Below, piece by piece: positions 8,929-19,700 of a stretch of 30,012 nucleotides of DNA. Source of the DNA: a virus (lineage: Duplodnaviria; Caudoviricetes); IMG/VR virus record IMGVR_UViG_3300008110_000276, positions 1 to 30,012 of that record; one strand, given 5' to 3'. The notes under the pieces are model-generated. The model worked only from the letters and a program-made list of their open reading frames with translations, did not search any database and had not been told where the DNA came from. The position numbers and the translations under genes were made by a program. Position 1 is the stretch's first letter. Each line of letters starts with the position of its first letter.

Positions 8929-9718
8929 AGTTAATCCCAAATGGTATGTCCAGCGCCTCCGTCTCGCCAGTAGCATCTGATACAAATTGGAATTTCATAT
9001 CCAAATCAGGTGAAAGTTGTTTAACATAAGCTCTAAATGATTTAGTATCTTTTGCTAAAAATGAGTTAGTTATCCATTTGTTTACAAATCCTCTATCTTC
9101 ATTACCATTAACCGAAACAATCATATATTTTAAACGAGTTGTTACATCAAATGAAGCGCCTGAATTCTTATTTAATTTTTCTAAAGCTTGTACTTCTCTA
9201 GTTATTTCTTGTTCATCACCATGTGTTAGTAATTTAAAAACAAGTTCAGTACCCATTGTTGGTAACTTAAAAGTATATCTATTTGTTGAATTCAAAATGG
9301 ATTCATCAAAATCTTTAGTTTGTACTTTACCTAAATCAATAACTACTTCTTGTTTTTGTCCACTAAATGGGTCTGTTATTTCTATTTTATAATCGGCGCC
9401 ATATCCTAAAATACGAGTTGCCATTAAAATAGCGTTTTTATCACCAATTAAAATATCATTTGGATTAACACCAGATTCAACAACTACTGATTCAAATAAT
9501 TTATCCAATACAATACCTTTCTTAATTAGGTTTGTGTTTGCAAGAATATCTTCTTCTCTTGCTGTCATATACTTTAACTCACAAGTACCTTTTCTAAGAG
9601 GATGTCCTTCTGGATATACTAATCCTTTTGATGGTAATTCAATTACTTCCGTAGGAAAATCAAATTTATTCCTTTCACCCTGTATAGGGGTTTCTTTTGC
9701 AATATTAACTTCTGCCAT
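8909..9718 (-). CDS. tail/baseplate assembly chaperone (T4 gp26-like), 269 aa
   Basis: Motifs IELPSKGLVY, MTAREEDIL, GDKNAILMATRILGYG and a C-terminal INFF; located between the tube and tape measure genes. Confidence 0.8.
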   Translation of the reverse strand: MAEVNIAKETPIQGERNKFDFPTEVIELPSKGLVYPEGHPLRKGTCELKYMTAREEDILANTNLIKKGIVLDKLFESVVVESGVNPNDILIGDKNAILMATRILGYGADYKIEITDPFSGQKQEVVIDLGKVQTKDFDESILNSTNRYTFKLPTMGTELVFKLLTHGDEQEITREVQALEKLNKNSGASFDVTTRLKYMIVSVNGNEDRGFVNKWITNSFLAKDTKSFRAYVKQLSPDLDMKFQFVSDATGETEALDIPFGINFFYPSN

Positions 9719-9746
9719 AACTTTATATCTTTTTTAAGTTTGTATA

Positions 9747-9755
9747 TATAAATAC
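9747..9755 (-). promoter_or_regulatory. RTATTTATW motif (putative late promoter)
   Basis: GTATTTATA 28 nt before the ATG at 9718, downstream of a terminator. Confidence 0.6.
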
Positions 9756-9774
9756 ATAAAAATAAAAAAATTGG

Positions 9775-9809
9775 AAATAAAAAAACCCCCACCATTTCTG
9801 ATGAGGGTT
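9775..9809 (-). terminator. intrinsic terminator after the tail tube gene
   Basis: - strand AACCCTCATCA-GAAA-TGGTGGGGGTT followed by TTTTTATTT: an 11-bp stem with G-U pairs and a GNRA loop. A second hairpin (TCCTTACGG/CCGAAGGA, 9811-9833) precedes it. Confidence 0.9.
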
Positions 9810-9838
9810 GTCCTTCGGTAGCTTCCGTAAGGAATATT

Positions 9839-10327
9839 TTAGAATTCAAGTATAGCGTAATCGTAAGCTAATGATAATTCAATAGTTGCTACTTCATTTG
9901 AATCAAATGAAACATCACCAAAGTTTGCAGATACAATAAATGCACCTTTCAACTTCCATTGTTCGATTTTATCACCAACAGGACCTAGCATATAGAAATC
10001 AATATCTTTTTTATAGAAATCTGCGTATCCACGTCTACCAGTAATTGATTCGTGTCCTAAACGTACCCACTCCATTACCGCTTGTGCTCCAGAAGGAACA
10101 ATTGGGTCATAAAGTGTTACAGTTATATCTTGCCACTCACCCTTACCTTGTAACTTTCTTTTAATGTTAATGTGGTCTAACACAATTGGTTCAAAGTTAA
10201 TTGAAGGTCTAGCTGCCGCTTTAACCATATATGAAGGAATTCCATCGATTTCCATCACATATCTATTTTTCATCTTAGGTTCGAAGTTCGTATAGAACAT
10301 CTTATCAAACTCTAGTATTTCTGCCAT
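9839..10327 (-). CDS. tail tube protein (T4 gp19-like), 162 aa
   Basis: FEPKMKNRY...WQDITVTLYDPI...EQWKLKGAF...LSLAYDYA; size and position directly after the sheath gene. Confidence 0.9.
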   Translation of the reverse strand: MAEILEFDKMFYTNFEPKMKNRYVMEIDGIPSYMVKAAARPSINFEPIVLDHINIKRKLQGKGEWQDITVTLYDPIVPSGAQAVMEWVRLGHESITGRRGYADFYKKDIDFYMLGPVGDKIEQWKLKGAFIVSANFGDVSFDSNEVATIELSLAYDYAILEF

Positions 10328-10351
10328 TTTATTATCCTTTTATTTTATATT

Positions 10352-10360
10352 AATAAATAT
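10352..10360 (-). promoter_or_regulatory. RTATTTATW motif (putative late promoter)
   Basis: ATATTTATT 24 nt before the tube ATG. Confidence 0.55.
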
Positions 10361-10380
10361 CAAGTTACCTTAAATTCGTA

Positions 10381-12708
10381 TTAAGCGTTAAAACTTGCTC
10401 CAGTTGGTAAGATGTTGAAGTCAATTACGATGAATTCAGCTGTCTTAGCCGGTTGTAAGAAAATCTGTCCAGCCATAATGTTTCTATCGATAACATCAGG
10501 TGTGTTGTTAGATTCATCCATTACAACTCTAAATGCGTAAAGTCCTTGTCTTTGTTGAATTGCTTCTAAGTAAGGGTTTACAGTATTTAAGAATCTTGAA
10601 CGAGTTGTTGCTGTGTTTTGTTCGAACACTAAGAAACGAGATGTTGAAGCTATGAACTTCTTAACAGTGATAAGTAATCTTCTTACGTTGATTCTATCTA
10701 ATGCTGAAGCCTTATCTTGTAATGTCTTCTGTCCGAGTGCTACAATACCTTGTCCAGGGAATGCTGCAATTGGGTTTACTTTGTTCTCATATAAAGTATC
10801 TCTTTCAGAGTGTGTTAATCTATTCAATACACTAACTGCTCCAATGATACCACCTCTATTTAAACCAGCAGGTGCGAACCATTCAGCTGCTAATCTATCG
10901 TTAGAAGCGAATACAGCCGGCATCAATACTGATGGTGGAACTGATATTAATTTGTTTGTATTAGCATCTACTGTCTTAAGCCAAGGGTAGTAAGTTGCTA
11001 CATAGTTAGAATCCACTTCATTTGCTTTTTCAGTTACTTCAGTTATAGATGCATCTGCTTCAACAAAATCAGCGATATAGAAACAATCTTGTCTATCCTC
11101 AACCATATCAATTACTCTATTGGTGATAGTTGGGTGTAAAGAACGGATGATACCAGGAGTTACAACTAAGTTAATATCATATTCATCTGCGTTTGATATA
11201 GCGTTAATTGCTTTAGTATATGCCTGTGTACCTGTTGTTCCTGCATTTGCGCAGTTAAAACCTTGTGTGTTTGCTGCTTCTATATCTAAACCTAAGTTAG
11301 CCTTTACCGTTGGGTTTAATCCATCAAAACCTTCTTGGAATCCAAGAACGAATTGTCTTTTAACCATATCACTTGATGTAGAACCAGATAAAGCTCCTAC
11401 ACTTAATCCACCATTAGAATCAAACGCAAATACTTGGTTTGCTCCAATTTGTGCACTTTCAGGAATTGGTTTTAAATATTCTCTATTATCACCTGCTACG
11501 CCAATTGTTTCAAAATCAAATCCACTAAAGTATAATGGAGATGATGATGTATTACCCAATGAACCAGTTTGATAAACTACTGCTGGTATTTGTTGTGCTT
11601 CTGTATCATCTGTTGCAGTAATTGGGTTTGTATATGCTCCATGTCCAAATGGTGCTGCTGAAATTGGATTTCCAACACTATTTTGAGCCATTTCAACTCT
11701 TACAAATTTTGATCTGTTTGTATAATCGCCATTTTCAGTTATTTTACCATCGGCTGCAATTTCATTCCATCTATCACCAATTCTCTTAGCAATATAGTTA
11801 GGAGAAGCAGGGTCTAAGTTTACATTGTTAAATGTCTCAATAACACTCTTTCTCTTATCAGTATCAGCGAATGAACGAACTGTTACAGTAAATGTTGCAT
11901 AATCAGTTGAACCATCTTCACCAGCTGCTTTTACATTAGAGATACCAATTTTAAATTTAGTATTATATAATGTACCATGCCCTAAAGTTACAAAACGGAA
12001 AAGGTCATATCTTTCACCACTAATTAATTGAGATTTAACATACGGAGTTTTTGCAGTTTTAACATCACCATATACTTGAGATGGTAATGCATTAGTAGAT
12101 ACTACAATGTTGTTTCCTAAAGAACCAGTATATAAAGCTGCAATGTTTTCAAAGTAAGTGTATGCATAACCAGCTTTTGCTCCAAACGGAGATTCTCCAA
12201 ATACATCTGCTAAATCATTAGTAGCTGTTGGTAGAATCGATGCAGATACATCAACACCAGTAGTTAGGTCATTAATAACAAATGAACCATCAACTGCATC
12301 GTTGCTAGTTATTGTAGATGATGCAAATCCAACACCTTCATCTCCAACTTGAGTTGAGTATAGTACTCCAATCAGTTTAGTACCTAAACTTTGGTTAGAT
12401 GAACCAGATGCAAAAATACCAAAAGGTGCAGCTTGGGTGTAACCACCAATACCACCAACCCTTACGATTGTTGCTGTTCCAGCTTCTCTTAAATAGTTTT
12501 GAACTGCGTGTTCAGTATAATAAGTTCCATCAGGAGTTCCGAAGATTTCTTCAAACTCTGATTGCGTTCTAACAATAGTTGGAACAAATGCAGGTCCTTG
12601 CTTAAAAGGTCCTATAAATGCTGCTCCAATTTCACCAATTCCTTGCGCTAAGAAGGAAAGGTCATTTTCTCTTGTGAATACGCCAGGTGATACGATTCTT
12701 TCTGCCAT
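10381..12708 (-). CDS. contractile tail sheath protein (T4 gp18-like), 775 aa
   Basis: N-terminal SPGVFTRENDLS; C-terminal WFAPAGLNRG, LYENKVNPI, RINVRRLL, FEQN, NNTPDVIDRN and QPAKTAEFI motifs. Confidence 0.97.
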   Translation of the reverse strand: MAERIVSPGVFTRENDLSFLAQGIGEIGAAFIGPFKQGPAFVPTIVRTQSEFEEIFGTPDGTYYTEHAVQNYLREAGTATIVRVGGIGGYTQAAPFGIFASGSSNQSLGTKLIGVLYSTQVGDEGVGFASSTITSNDAVDGSFVINDLTTGVDVSASILPTATNDLADVFGESPFGAKAGYAYTYFENIAALYTGSLGNNIVVSTNALPSQVYGDVKTAKTPYVKSQLISGERYDLFRFVTLGHGTLYNTKFKIGISNVKAAGEDGSTDYATFTVTVRSFADTDKRKSVIETFNNVNLDPASPNYIAKRIGDRWNEIAADGKITENGDYTNRSKFVRVEMAQNSVGNPISAAPFGHGAYTNPITATDDTEAQQIPAVVYQTGSLGNTSSSPLYFSGFDFETIGVAGDNREYLKPIPESAQIGANQVFAFDSNGGLSVGALSGSTSSDMVKRQFVLGFQEGFDGLNPTVKANLGLDIEAANTQGFNCANAGTTGTQAYTKAINAISNADEYDINLVVTPGIIRSLHPTITNRVIDMVEDRQDCFYIADFVEADASITEVTEKANEVDSNYVATYYPWLKTVDANTNKLISVPPSVLMPAVFASNDRLAAEWFAPAGLNRGGIIGAVSVLNRLTHSERDTLYENKVNPIAAFPGQGIVALGQKTLQDKASALDRINVRRLLITVKKFIASTSRFLVFEQNTATTRSRFLNTVNPYLEAIQQRQGLYAFRVVMDESNNTPDVIDRNIMAGQIFLQPAKTAEFIVIDFNILPTGASFNA

Positions 12709-12762
12709 TTTATTTCTACAATTTGTATTTTAAGTTTGTATTTGCTAGTTATGAAATACACA

Positions 12763-12771
12763 TATAAATAT
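12763..12771 (-). promoter_or_regulatory. RTATTTATW motif (putative late promoter)
   Basis: ATATTTATA 54 nt before the sheath ATG, next to a terminator U-tract. Confidence 0.6.
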
Positions 12772-12812
12772 AACAAAAATATCCAAAACATAATATAATG
12801 CTTTGGATATTT
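12772..12812 (-). terminator. intrinsic terminator
   Basis: - strand AAATATCCAAAGCAT-loop-ATGTTTTGGATATTT followed by TTGTT; long AT-rich stem. Confidence 0.65.
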
Positions 12813-12838
12813 ATAAAGTTGAAAATTTAGGTATTTTA

Positions 12839-13234
12839 TTATACTGGTAATGGATTTACTCCGTATGAATTACTACCAGAAGTTTCTGCCCAAGGTAAAT
12901 CATTTTCCATTACCATTACTCTATTATATTTGTGTACATTAATATCTTTCTCTATTTGAGATTGAATATGACTCCAATAATTAGATGGACCAGACCCACT
13001 AACAATATCTTTTACCCATCCTAAAACTTGATTTTCACTAAGTTCTTCGTATGTGGTAAATGATGCTGTATCAACAGAATCCAAACTCAGCGGAGTTGCT
13101 CCAGTAAAACTACCAGAATGTCCTGTCTCATCAACACCTGTTAATCTCCAATATGTATTCACAATTACATTATCTAATGTATCTGTATTTTGTTTTCTTA
13201 TACCTGTTAATTTCCAGTCGTATGTATATCCCAT
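12839..13234 (-). CDS. small fibre-associated phage protein (131 aa)
   Basis: TYDWKLTG...F.TYEELSENQVLGWVK...LPW pattern of small proteins found downstream of phage fibres; function unknown. Confidence 0.7.
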   Translation of the reverse strand: MGYTYDWKLTGIRKQNTDTLDNVIVNTYWRLTGVDETGHSGSFTGATPLSLDSVDTASFTTYEELSENQVLGWVKDIVSGSGPSNYWSHIQSQIEKDINVHKYNRVMVMENDLPWAETSGSNSYGVNPLPV

Positions 13235-13248
13235 AATATTTTATTTTT

Positions 13249-13257
13249 AATAAATAT
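13249..13257 (-). promoter_or_regulatory. RTATTTATW motif (putative late promoter)
   Basis: ATATTTATT 14 nt before the ATG at 13234. Confidence 0.5.
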
Positions 13258-13271
13258 TTACTTTTTTTATT

Positions 13272-13703
13272 TTAATCTTCCAAAGAACCGCTATAATAAT
13301 CAGTAGTTAATAAATGCCTATATGCTTGCTCAATATGATTTAATTCAGATGGAACTTCTAACATAAATCTACAATAATGGTCCATACCTTGTGTACCTAT
13401 ATTAATACCATATTTGTTATCTCCCGCATTTACACCAACAAATCCAATCGGTCTAGCATCAGAATCTCTTGCTGCTTTATCTTTCCAAACAGTAACAGAT
13501 ATAGTAGCTACATATCCAGCTGCCCAATAAACTTCAGTACCGGGTGAATCATCTCTAACTGTTAATCCATCTGCTCTAGATGTATCAGGTGGAGGTGGTA
13601 AATCCGCTGTTCTTTTTTCAATTGATACATTCGTAACTACATGATATGCATTTGGTACAATAAGTCCCGTTCCTGCTAATTCATAATCTTTTATTAGTGC
13701 CAT
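13272..13703 (-). CDS. hypothetical fibre-associated protein (143 aa)
   Basis: Starts 4 nt after the fibre stop (TAATAATATG); sequence MALIKDY..TGL.VPNAYHVV...QAYRHL. Confidence 0.75.
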   Translation of the reverse strand: MALIKDYELAGTGLIVPNAYHVVTNVSIEKRTADLPPPPDTSRADGLTVRDDSPGTEVYWAAGYVATISVTVWKDKAARDSDARPIGFVGVNAGDNKYGINIGTQGMDHYCRFMLEVPSELNHIEQAYRHLLTTDYYSGSLED

Positions 13704-13707
13704 ATTA

Positions 13708-16700
13708 TTATCCTTTAATATTAAGTATTAAATCTTTAATTTTTTGTAATTCATCTTTTAATAAATTTATTTCTTCAGCTTGCTTATCAATAATTTGTTG
13801 TTGGTCTTTTATAGATTCAATAAATAAACCTGCTAAATTACCATAAGAAACACCATATTCATCATTAACATCACAATATGTTACAGCTTCAGGAATAACC
13901 TCATTAACCTCTTGAGCAATTACACCAATTTGTCTTACTTTATTTTCATCTGCTATTCTATTATAATAAACACCTCTCATTTGAAGTAGTTTATCCAATG
14001 CTGAATCAATAGTTACAATGTTTTCTTTTGCACGTCTATCAGAGTATGCCACAATATTTTCAGTAGCGTAAATACCTCTGTAAACATACATACCATACGA
14101 AGGTGATGTTGATGATGTATTTACACCCACACAATTGTATGGGAAATAATGATAGAACATCCATCTACCAGATTGATAATAGATACCACCATTACCACCA
14201 CCATCAAACATCAATACAGGTGTGTTTCCTACATCAAATAATATACCACCATATCCGCTTCTAGTACCATCAACTCTCCATGTACCATAAGTTGAATTAT
14301 TTGGATAGAAGTGTGCAGAGTTTAATCCAGAATAAATACCATGGTATCCTTCCAATCTCTGCCATGTGTGCCAGAATGAATAGTTTGAAGGTCCACTCAA
14401 TTGAATTAGAATACCACTCATATCATAATCCGAGTATAGTCTAACACCTTCGTATGATGGTCCGTTTGCACCTAATTTAATACCTGTGTGATATGCAATT
14501 CTTAAATCAGGATAAGGATAACCCCACCCTCCACCTTCTTGGAAGATAGAATACGCACGAGTTCCCTGTCCCGAGTTACCACCAACTCCCCAAGGTTCAA
14601 AAAATCCCAAATACGCATTGTTTACATCAATAGTAAGCATTCTGGATGTGCCATCACCATTCCAATAATATCCAGTATTATTGTAATCGTATATAAATGT
14701 ACTTCTTAATTCGTAAGTATATGTTCTATTTCCAGAATAGTGATTGATATATGTTTCATATCCGTTTTCACAATCTAAGTGTAAGTTACCATTTGTAGTT
14801 ACAACAGATGGATTTCCATCAATTCTACCATTAGTACCAACTCTTAAATATTTACCCCAACTCCAGTTAGGTCCGTGAAGTGTACCACCTCTCATTCTTA
14901 AACCTTGGTTGTCAACACCATTAGGGTCTAAGTAGTATCCACTATCATTTGAATCATAGAAAATAGTACCATAAACAGGACCACCAGTATACAAAGTTGA
15001 GTTTACATACAATGAGTTATTTATTCTTGCTGCATATCCACCTACAGTTGAAGAGTCCCCAATTCCTAAACAATCATTTCCTCTACTATAATACCATACC
15101 CAACCATTTCCGTTTTGTTGATACAAACCACCATTACCACTTTCATGCATATAGTGATTCCAATATCCAGATGGGTCTATAATATTGATACCAGCCCAAC
15201 CATTTCTAGCATATCCATAAGTTTCCCAAGTACCATAAGATGATTGAAGTGATGTTCTCCAGTGTGAACCATAGTCTTGTGTATATAAACCAGTACCACC
15301 TTGCGCTCTAAACCAATCGTTTGCTAATACATAACTTAATTGAGTTGTTCCAGCTGGATTTACATAATATCCAGTATTATCGCTATCATAAAATATAGGT
15401 GCTCTTAATGAGTTACCACCTTGTAGATAGTTATTTACATAAACATATCCACTTGAGTACATTTCCATATTTGTACTCCTACCACCACTAGTATTTGTGT
15501 TATAAAAATATGTATGACCGGCTGTGGTAAATCTCATATAAGCCTGCCCATAGTTTGTATTAGGTCTACTAAAATGGTATGCAGCCGAACCATCATGATA
15601 TGAGTTGTCAACATTGAATCCAAATCCGCCATCATTCCAAGTGTTTCCAGGTTCAGATACCCACATTTGAAGTTGAGATTGTTGACCCGTTCCCATTTCA
15701 CTTGCCCTGGCTATTACTCTAAATAATGAAGTACTATGCCCACCTGCGGTATTAACAGGACCTCTTAAATATGCACTACTATTAAGGTCAACATAGTATG
15801 TGGTATCAGCGGAATCATAGAATATTGGTGCTCTAAATGATGATTGAGCATATCCATCTCTACCAACAATTACATCACCATTATTTTGGTCAACTCTAAA
15901 TTTCTCATAAGCAGTTCGGTTACCACTTTGACGAGATGGAACAGTGAATGAACGAATTTGTCCAGTTGAACTTTCAGATGTGAACGCAAACATATTATTA
16001 GGATTATCATGCCATAATCCCCATCCAGTGTATGGTTCATAATCTACGAATATACCTGTCCAACCTTCACCGGTTACTTGCTGCATACCTAATGCACCAC
16101 CAGAAGATGATGTTCCAGACGCATTAACTAAAATAGCCGGTCTATAATAAGTTGCTGCGTTTAGAGAACCAGCCATATTGATTGATGTACCAACAGTAGC
16201 TAAATCCAAATAATATCCAGTATTATCTCTATCAGCAAAATATGGTGCAAATAAAGTATTTGTGATTCTTACGTTTTGGTCACCTCTACCTATACTCATT
16301 ATCTCATTGGTACTTACACCAGGAGAATCACTCATAAATCTAGTACCACCATACGCTGGGTTACCTCCTATTTCAACACCAGTATGCCATCCCACAACCA
16401 TTCTAGTGTGTGTAGAATTTCCGTTATTATATGGAGATTTTACATAGAACATATAGTATGGTTGTCCATCACCTCTTTGTCCAGATGTAATACCCGTTGA
16501 TGAACCTACATCAGATGGGTCCGATGTACTATTTGACAAGTTGATATGTCTTGTATTTCCACTGTTTGCTCCAACTCTAAATAAGAATGTTCCACCAGTA
16601 TCATAAAATCGGTCACCAAAATGCTCTGGTGCTCTGAAGCTACTTCTAGCCCAAGCGATACCATCGTTTCTAACTTCAAGTGCATAACCACCAGTACCAA

Positions 16701-19700
16701 CTCCACTTATAGCAAATCCTTCAGATGTACCACCACCAGTCCAAATAATATTTTTTAATGCAGAACCTAAATTTGATGTAGATGTTGTAGTTCTAAATCT
16801 TGCTCCCCAAACATCAGGTTCATTATTAACATTAATTAATGCATTATTAGGAATGTTTAATTGACCTGTTAGAGTTAAGTTTACAAATCTAGAAGTACCG
16901 GTAGGGTCAGCTAAGAAACTACCATCATTATTATCAATAAATCTACTAGCGTATAAATCACCCAATACAGTTGTATTGTTTGCTAATGTATTATCAACTT
17001 CTTCAATTCTAAAACCTTGAATTTCAGCCTGCCCACTATATCCACTATACAAATAATTGTGCAACCAACCTACTTGAGCAAATTTAACACCACTCATGTG
17101 GGTATAACTTGCCCCAGACCCAGCTGGACCAATTGTCATTGTATATTCTGTCCAAGATGTTGGTGGTACACCAGTCCAATAGTAAGGATTACCCCAACCA
17201 CCATTACCAGGATTTGAATAATCCCAATAAAATTGTCTATATGATAAGAAACAATATGGATTACCACTTACAGTTCTAATCCATGCTGATATTTTATAAG
17301 TTTTTGTTGCATCAATTGTAATATATCCAGCTTCGATATGCCCTTCCCAAGAACCAGGTCCTCTAAATGTTGTATTACCTGCTGCGGAATTACTATTTGA
17401 TGTTACATAAGTTGTAGATGACCAATTATATCCACCATCTTGTCCGAATGCGTTATGAGTAATATACTTACCACCTTCAGATTTCATACCAAATATATTG
17501 GCGCCATTTGAAGTGTTTGTAGATATTGCACCACCTACTCTTAATCTATAAAGAGTTGAAAGGTCATTACCATCAATTCTGTATGTTGTATCAGTTGAAT
17601 CAATAAATAGAGGCGCTCTCATACTAGAGTCATGATATACCATATCAGTACCAACTCTATAATACTCAGACCCAGCTTTTAATGCTCTATATGCATATGA
17701 GTGACCACTTGCCATCCTCATATCAATACCATACTCCAAATCACCGGTAACAATCATTGCCCAGTCATTATTGTTTGGTTTGTTAATCCAAAGAATTGCA
17801 TCAGTTCCAGACGCTTGGTTATCAATACCATCCAAACGAAGTCCACTCATTCTAGAATCACTTCTTGGATTTACATAAAATGCGGTGTCATCCGAATCTC
17901 TAAATATTGGTGCCCTTAAGGATGTACGAGCTTGCGCATCACCATCTCCAGAAATTTGGAATTCATTTCTTGCCGTATATCCACCATATGTTAATTTATT
18001 TCTAAATGCCCATTGGTCTGTAAATGCTGTTTCCAAATCATCTACCAATTCAAAAACCATTCTAACTGCATTGGTTGCCGATGTTTCACCATATAATCTC
18101 CAACCATCGTTATCACCAACAGTTTGTGAGAACATATATGGTGGAGTAGTTGATACACCATTACCATACGTTGTACCAACAGGGTTTTGTGGAAGAATGA
18201 AGTTATTACCAGTTATATTAGCAAAAGTTACATTGTCTGTTGTACGAATGTTTTGATTCATTAGATGAACATCGGTAACACCGGGTCCAGTATTTATTGA
18301 AGCAAAAACAGGTGAATCGGTTGTACGAACGTTTTGGTCCATATTAGCTGCAAATGCGTACGATGTTGTATCCATTATACGCTTCCAAGCTCCCCAAGAA
18401 GTTCCACTACCATATCTTAACCACATATTACCATTATCGGTAAATCCTAATTCATTTGCACCACCACCACTCCAGTCACTTGAACCTCCATATTTTCTAA
18501 AATACATTACACCATTGTAAGTACCACCATCACTTAAACCATTTGTTGAGTTTTGTTTGAAATCAAATCTCACACCCTGATTAGCGTTTTGAGTTTGTGG
18601 TGTACTAGCTGCTGCTCTTGTATCTTGAACGTTTATATAAGTTGCCGTTGTTGCTGATGTTGCATTTCCTAAAAAAGAACCCGCCGTTACCTGATTGAAC
18701 GTTACGTTATCAGTTGTACGAAGATTCTGATTCATTAAATAAACTTCAGTAGCGCCTTGTCCCGTATCAATTGTACCACTAAGAACAACGTTACCATTTA
18801 CTTGTAATGTATTATCGGCATACCATCTATCAGTTGATTCATTCCAATAGAAAGAAACAGTTGATGCGTTACCTCTCTTTACTTCTATACCAGCATTTTC
18901 AGTTGGTGCAGTTGATGCTCCAATATCTGCATTTAATGTGATGATGTTATCACCTACATTTAAAGTTGTTGTATTAATATATGTTGTTGTACCACTTACA
19001 GTAAGGTCACCACTAATTGTAGCGTTACCAGTTACTGCTAATGTAGTACCATCGAATGTTAAATTTGCTTCAACTGTACCATTTGGTGCAGTTCCATTTA
19101 ATGTGATTACACCATTATTAGTTGTACCAGTTAATGCTAATAATCCAGAAGTTCCCCCACTTCCAGAAGTCCCTGCAGTTCCACCACTACCAGAAGTTCC
19201 ACCACTACCGCTTGTTCCGCTTGTTCCAGAAGTACCCGATGTACCAGAAGTACCCGATGTACCAGAAGTACCTCCACTACCAGCAGTACCTCTAGTTCCA
19301 GAAGTACCCGATGTTCCAGAAGTACCACCACTTCCGCTTGTTCCAGAAGTACCACCACTTCCGCTTGTACCAGAAGTACCTCCACTTCCGCTTGTACCAG
19401 AAGTTCCAGCTGTTCCACCACTTCCGCTTGTACCAGAAGTTCCCGATGTACCACCACTTCCGCTTGTACCAGAAGTTCCAGATGTACCACTACTACCAGC
19501 AGTACCTCCAGTTCCAGATGTTCCAGAAGTACCTCCACTACCACTAGTTCCAGATGTTCCAGAAGAACCACCACTACCACTAGTACCAGCAGAACCAGAA
19601 GTCCCTGCACTTCCGCTTGTACCAGCACTTCCGCTTGTACCAGCACTTCCGCTTGTACCAGCAGAACCAGTAGTTCCAGAAGAACCCGTACTTCCACTTG

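Noticed and set aside
8929-8985. Listed N-terminus of the 91-aa ORF (MYQMLLARRRRW...)
   Set aside because: It overlaps the conserved end of the chaperone gene and looks like off-frame sequence. Entry by frameshift or at ATG 8874 is more plausible.
9643-9849. 68-aa - strand ORF
   Set aside because: It runs through the terminator and promoter motif and overlaps two real genes.
519-12708. Bacterial extracellular contractile injection system or tailocin instead of a phage
   Set aside because: A long tape measure, gp26-like chaperone, giant S74-chaperoned fibres, a dedicated promoter motif and no flanking bacterial genes favour a large phage. No capsid gene is in the window, so this is not formally excluded.
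678-18256. Other + strand ORFs (e.g. 5894-6964, 3957-4511, 11120-11572)
   Set aside because: They lie antisense within well-supported - strand genes and show no independent motifs or expression signals.
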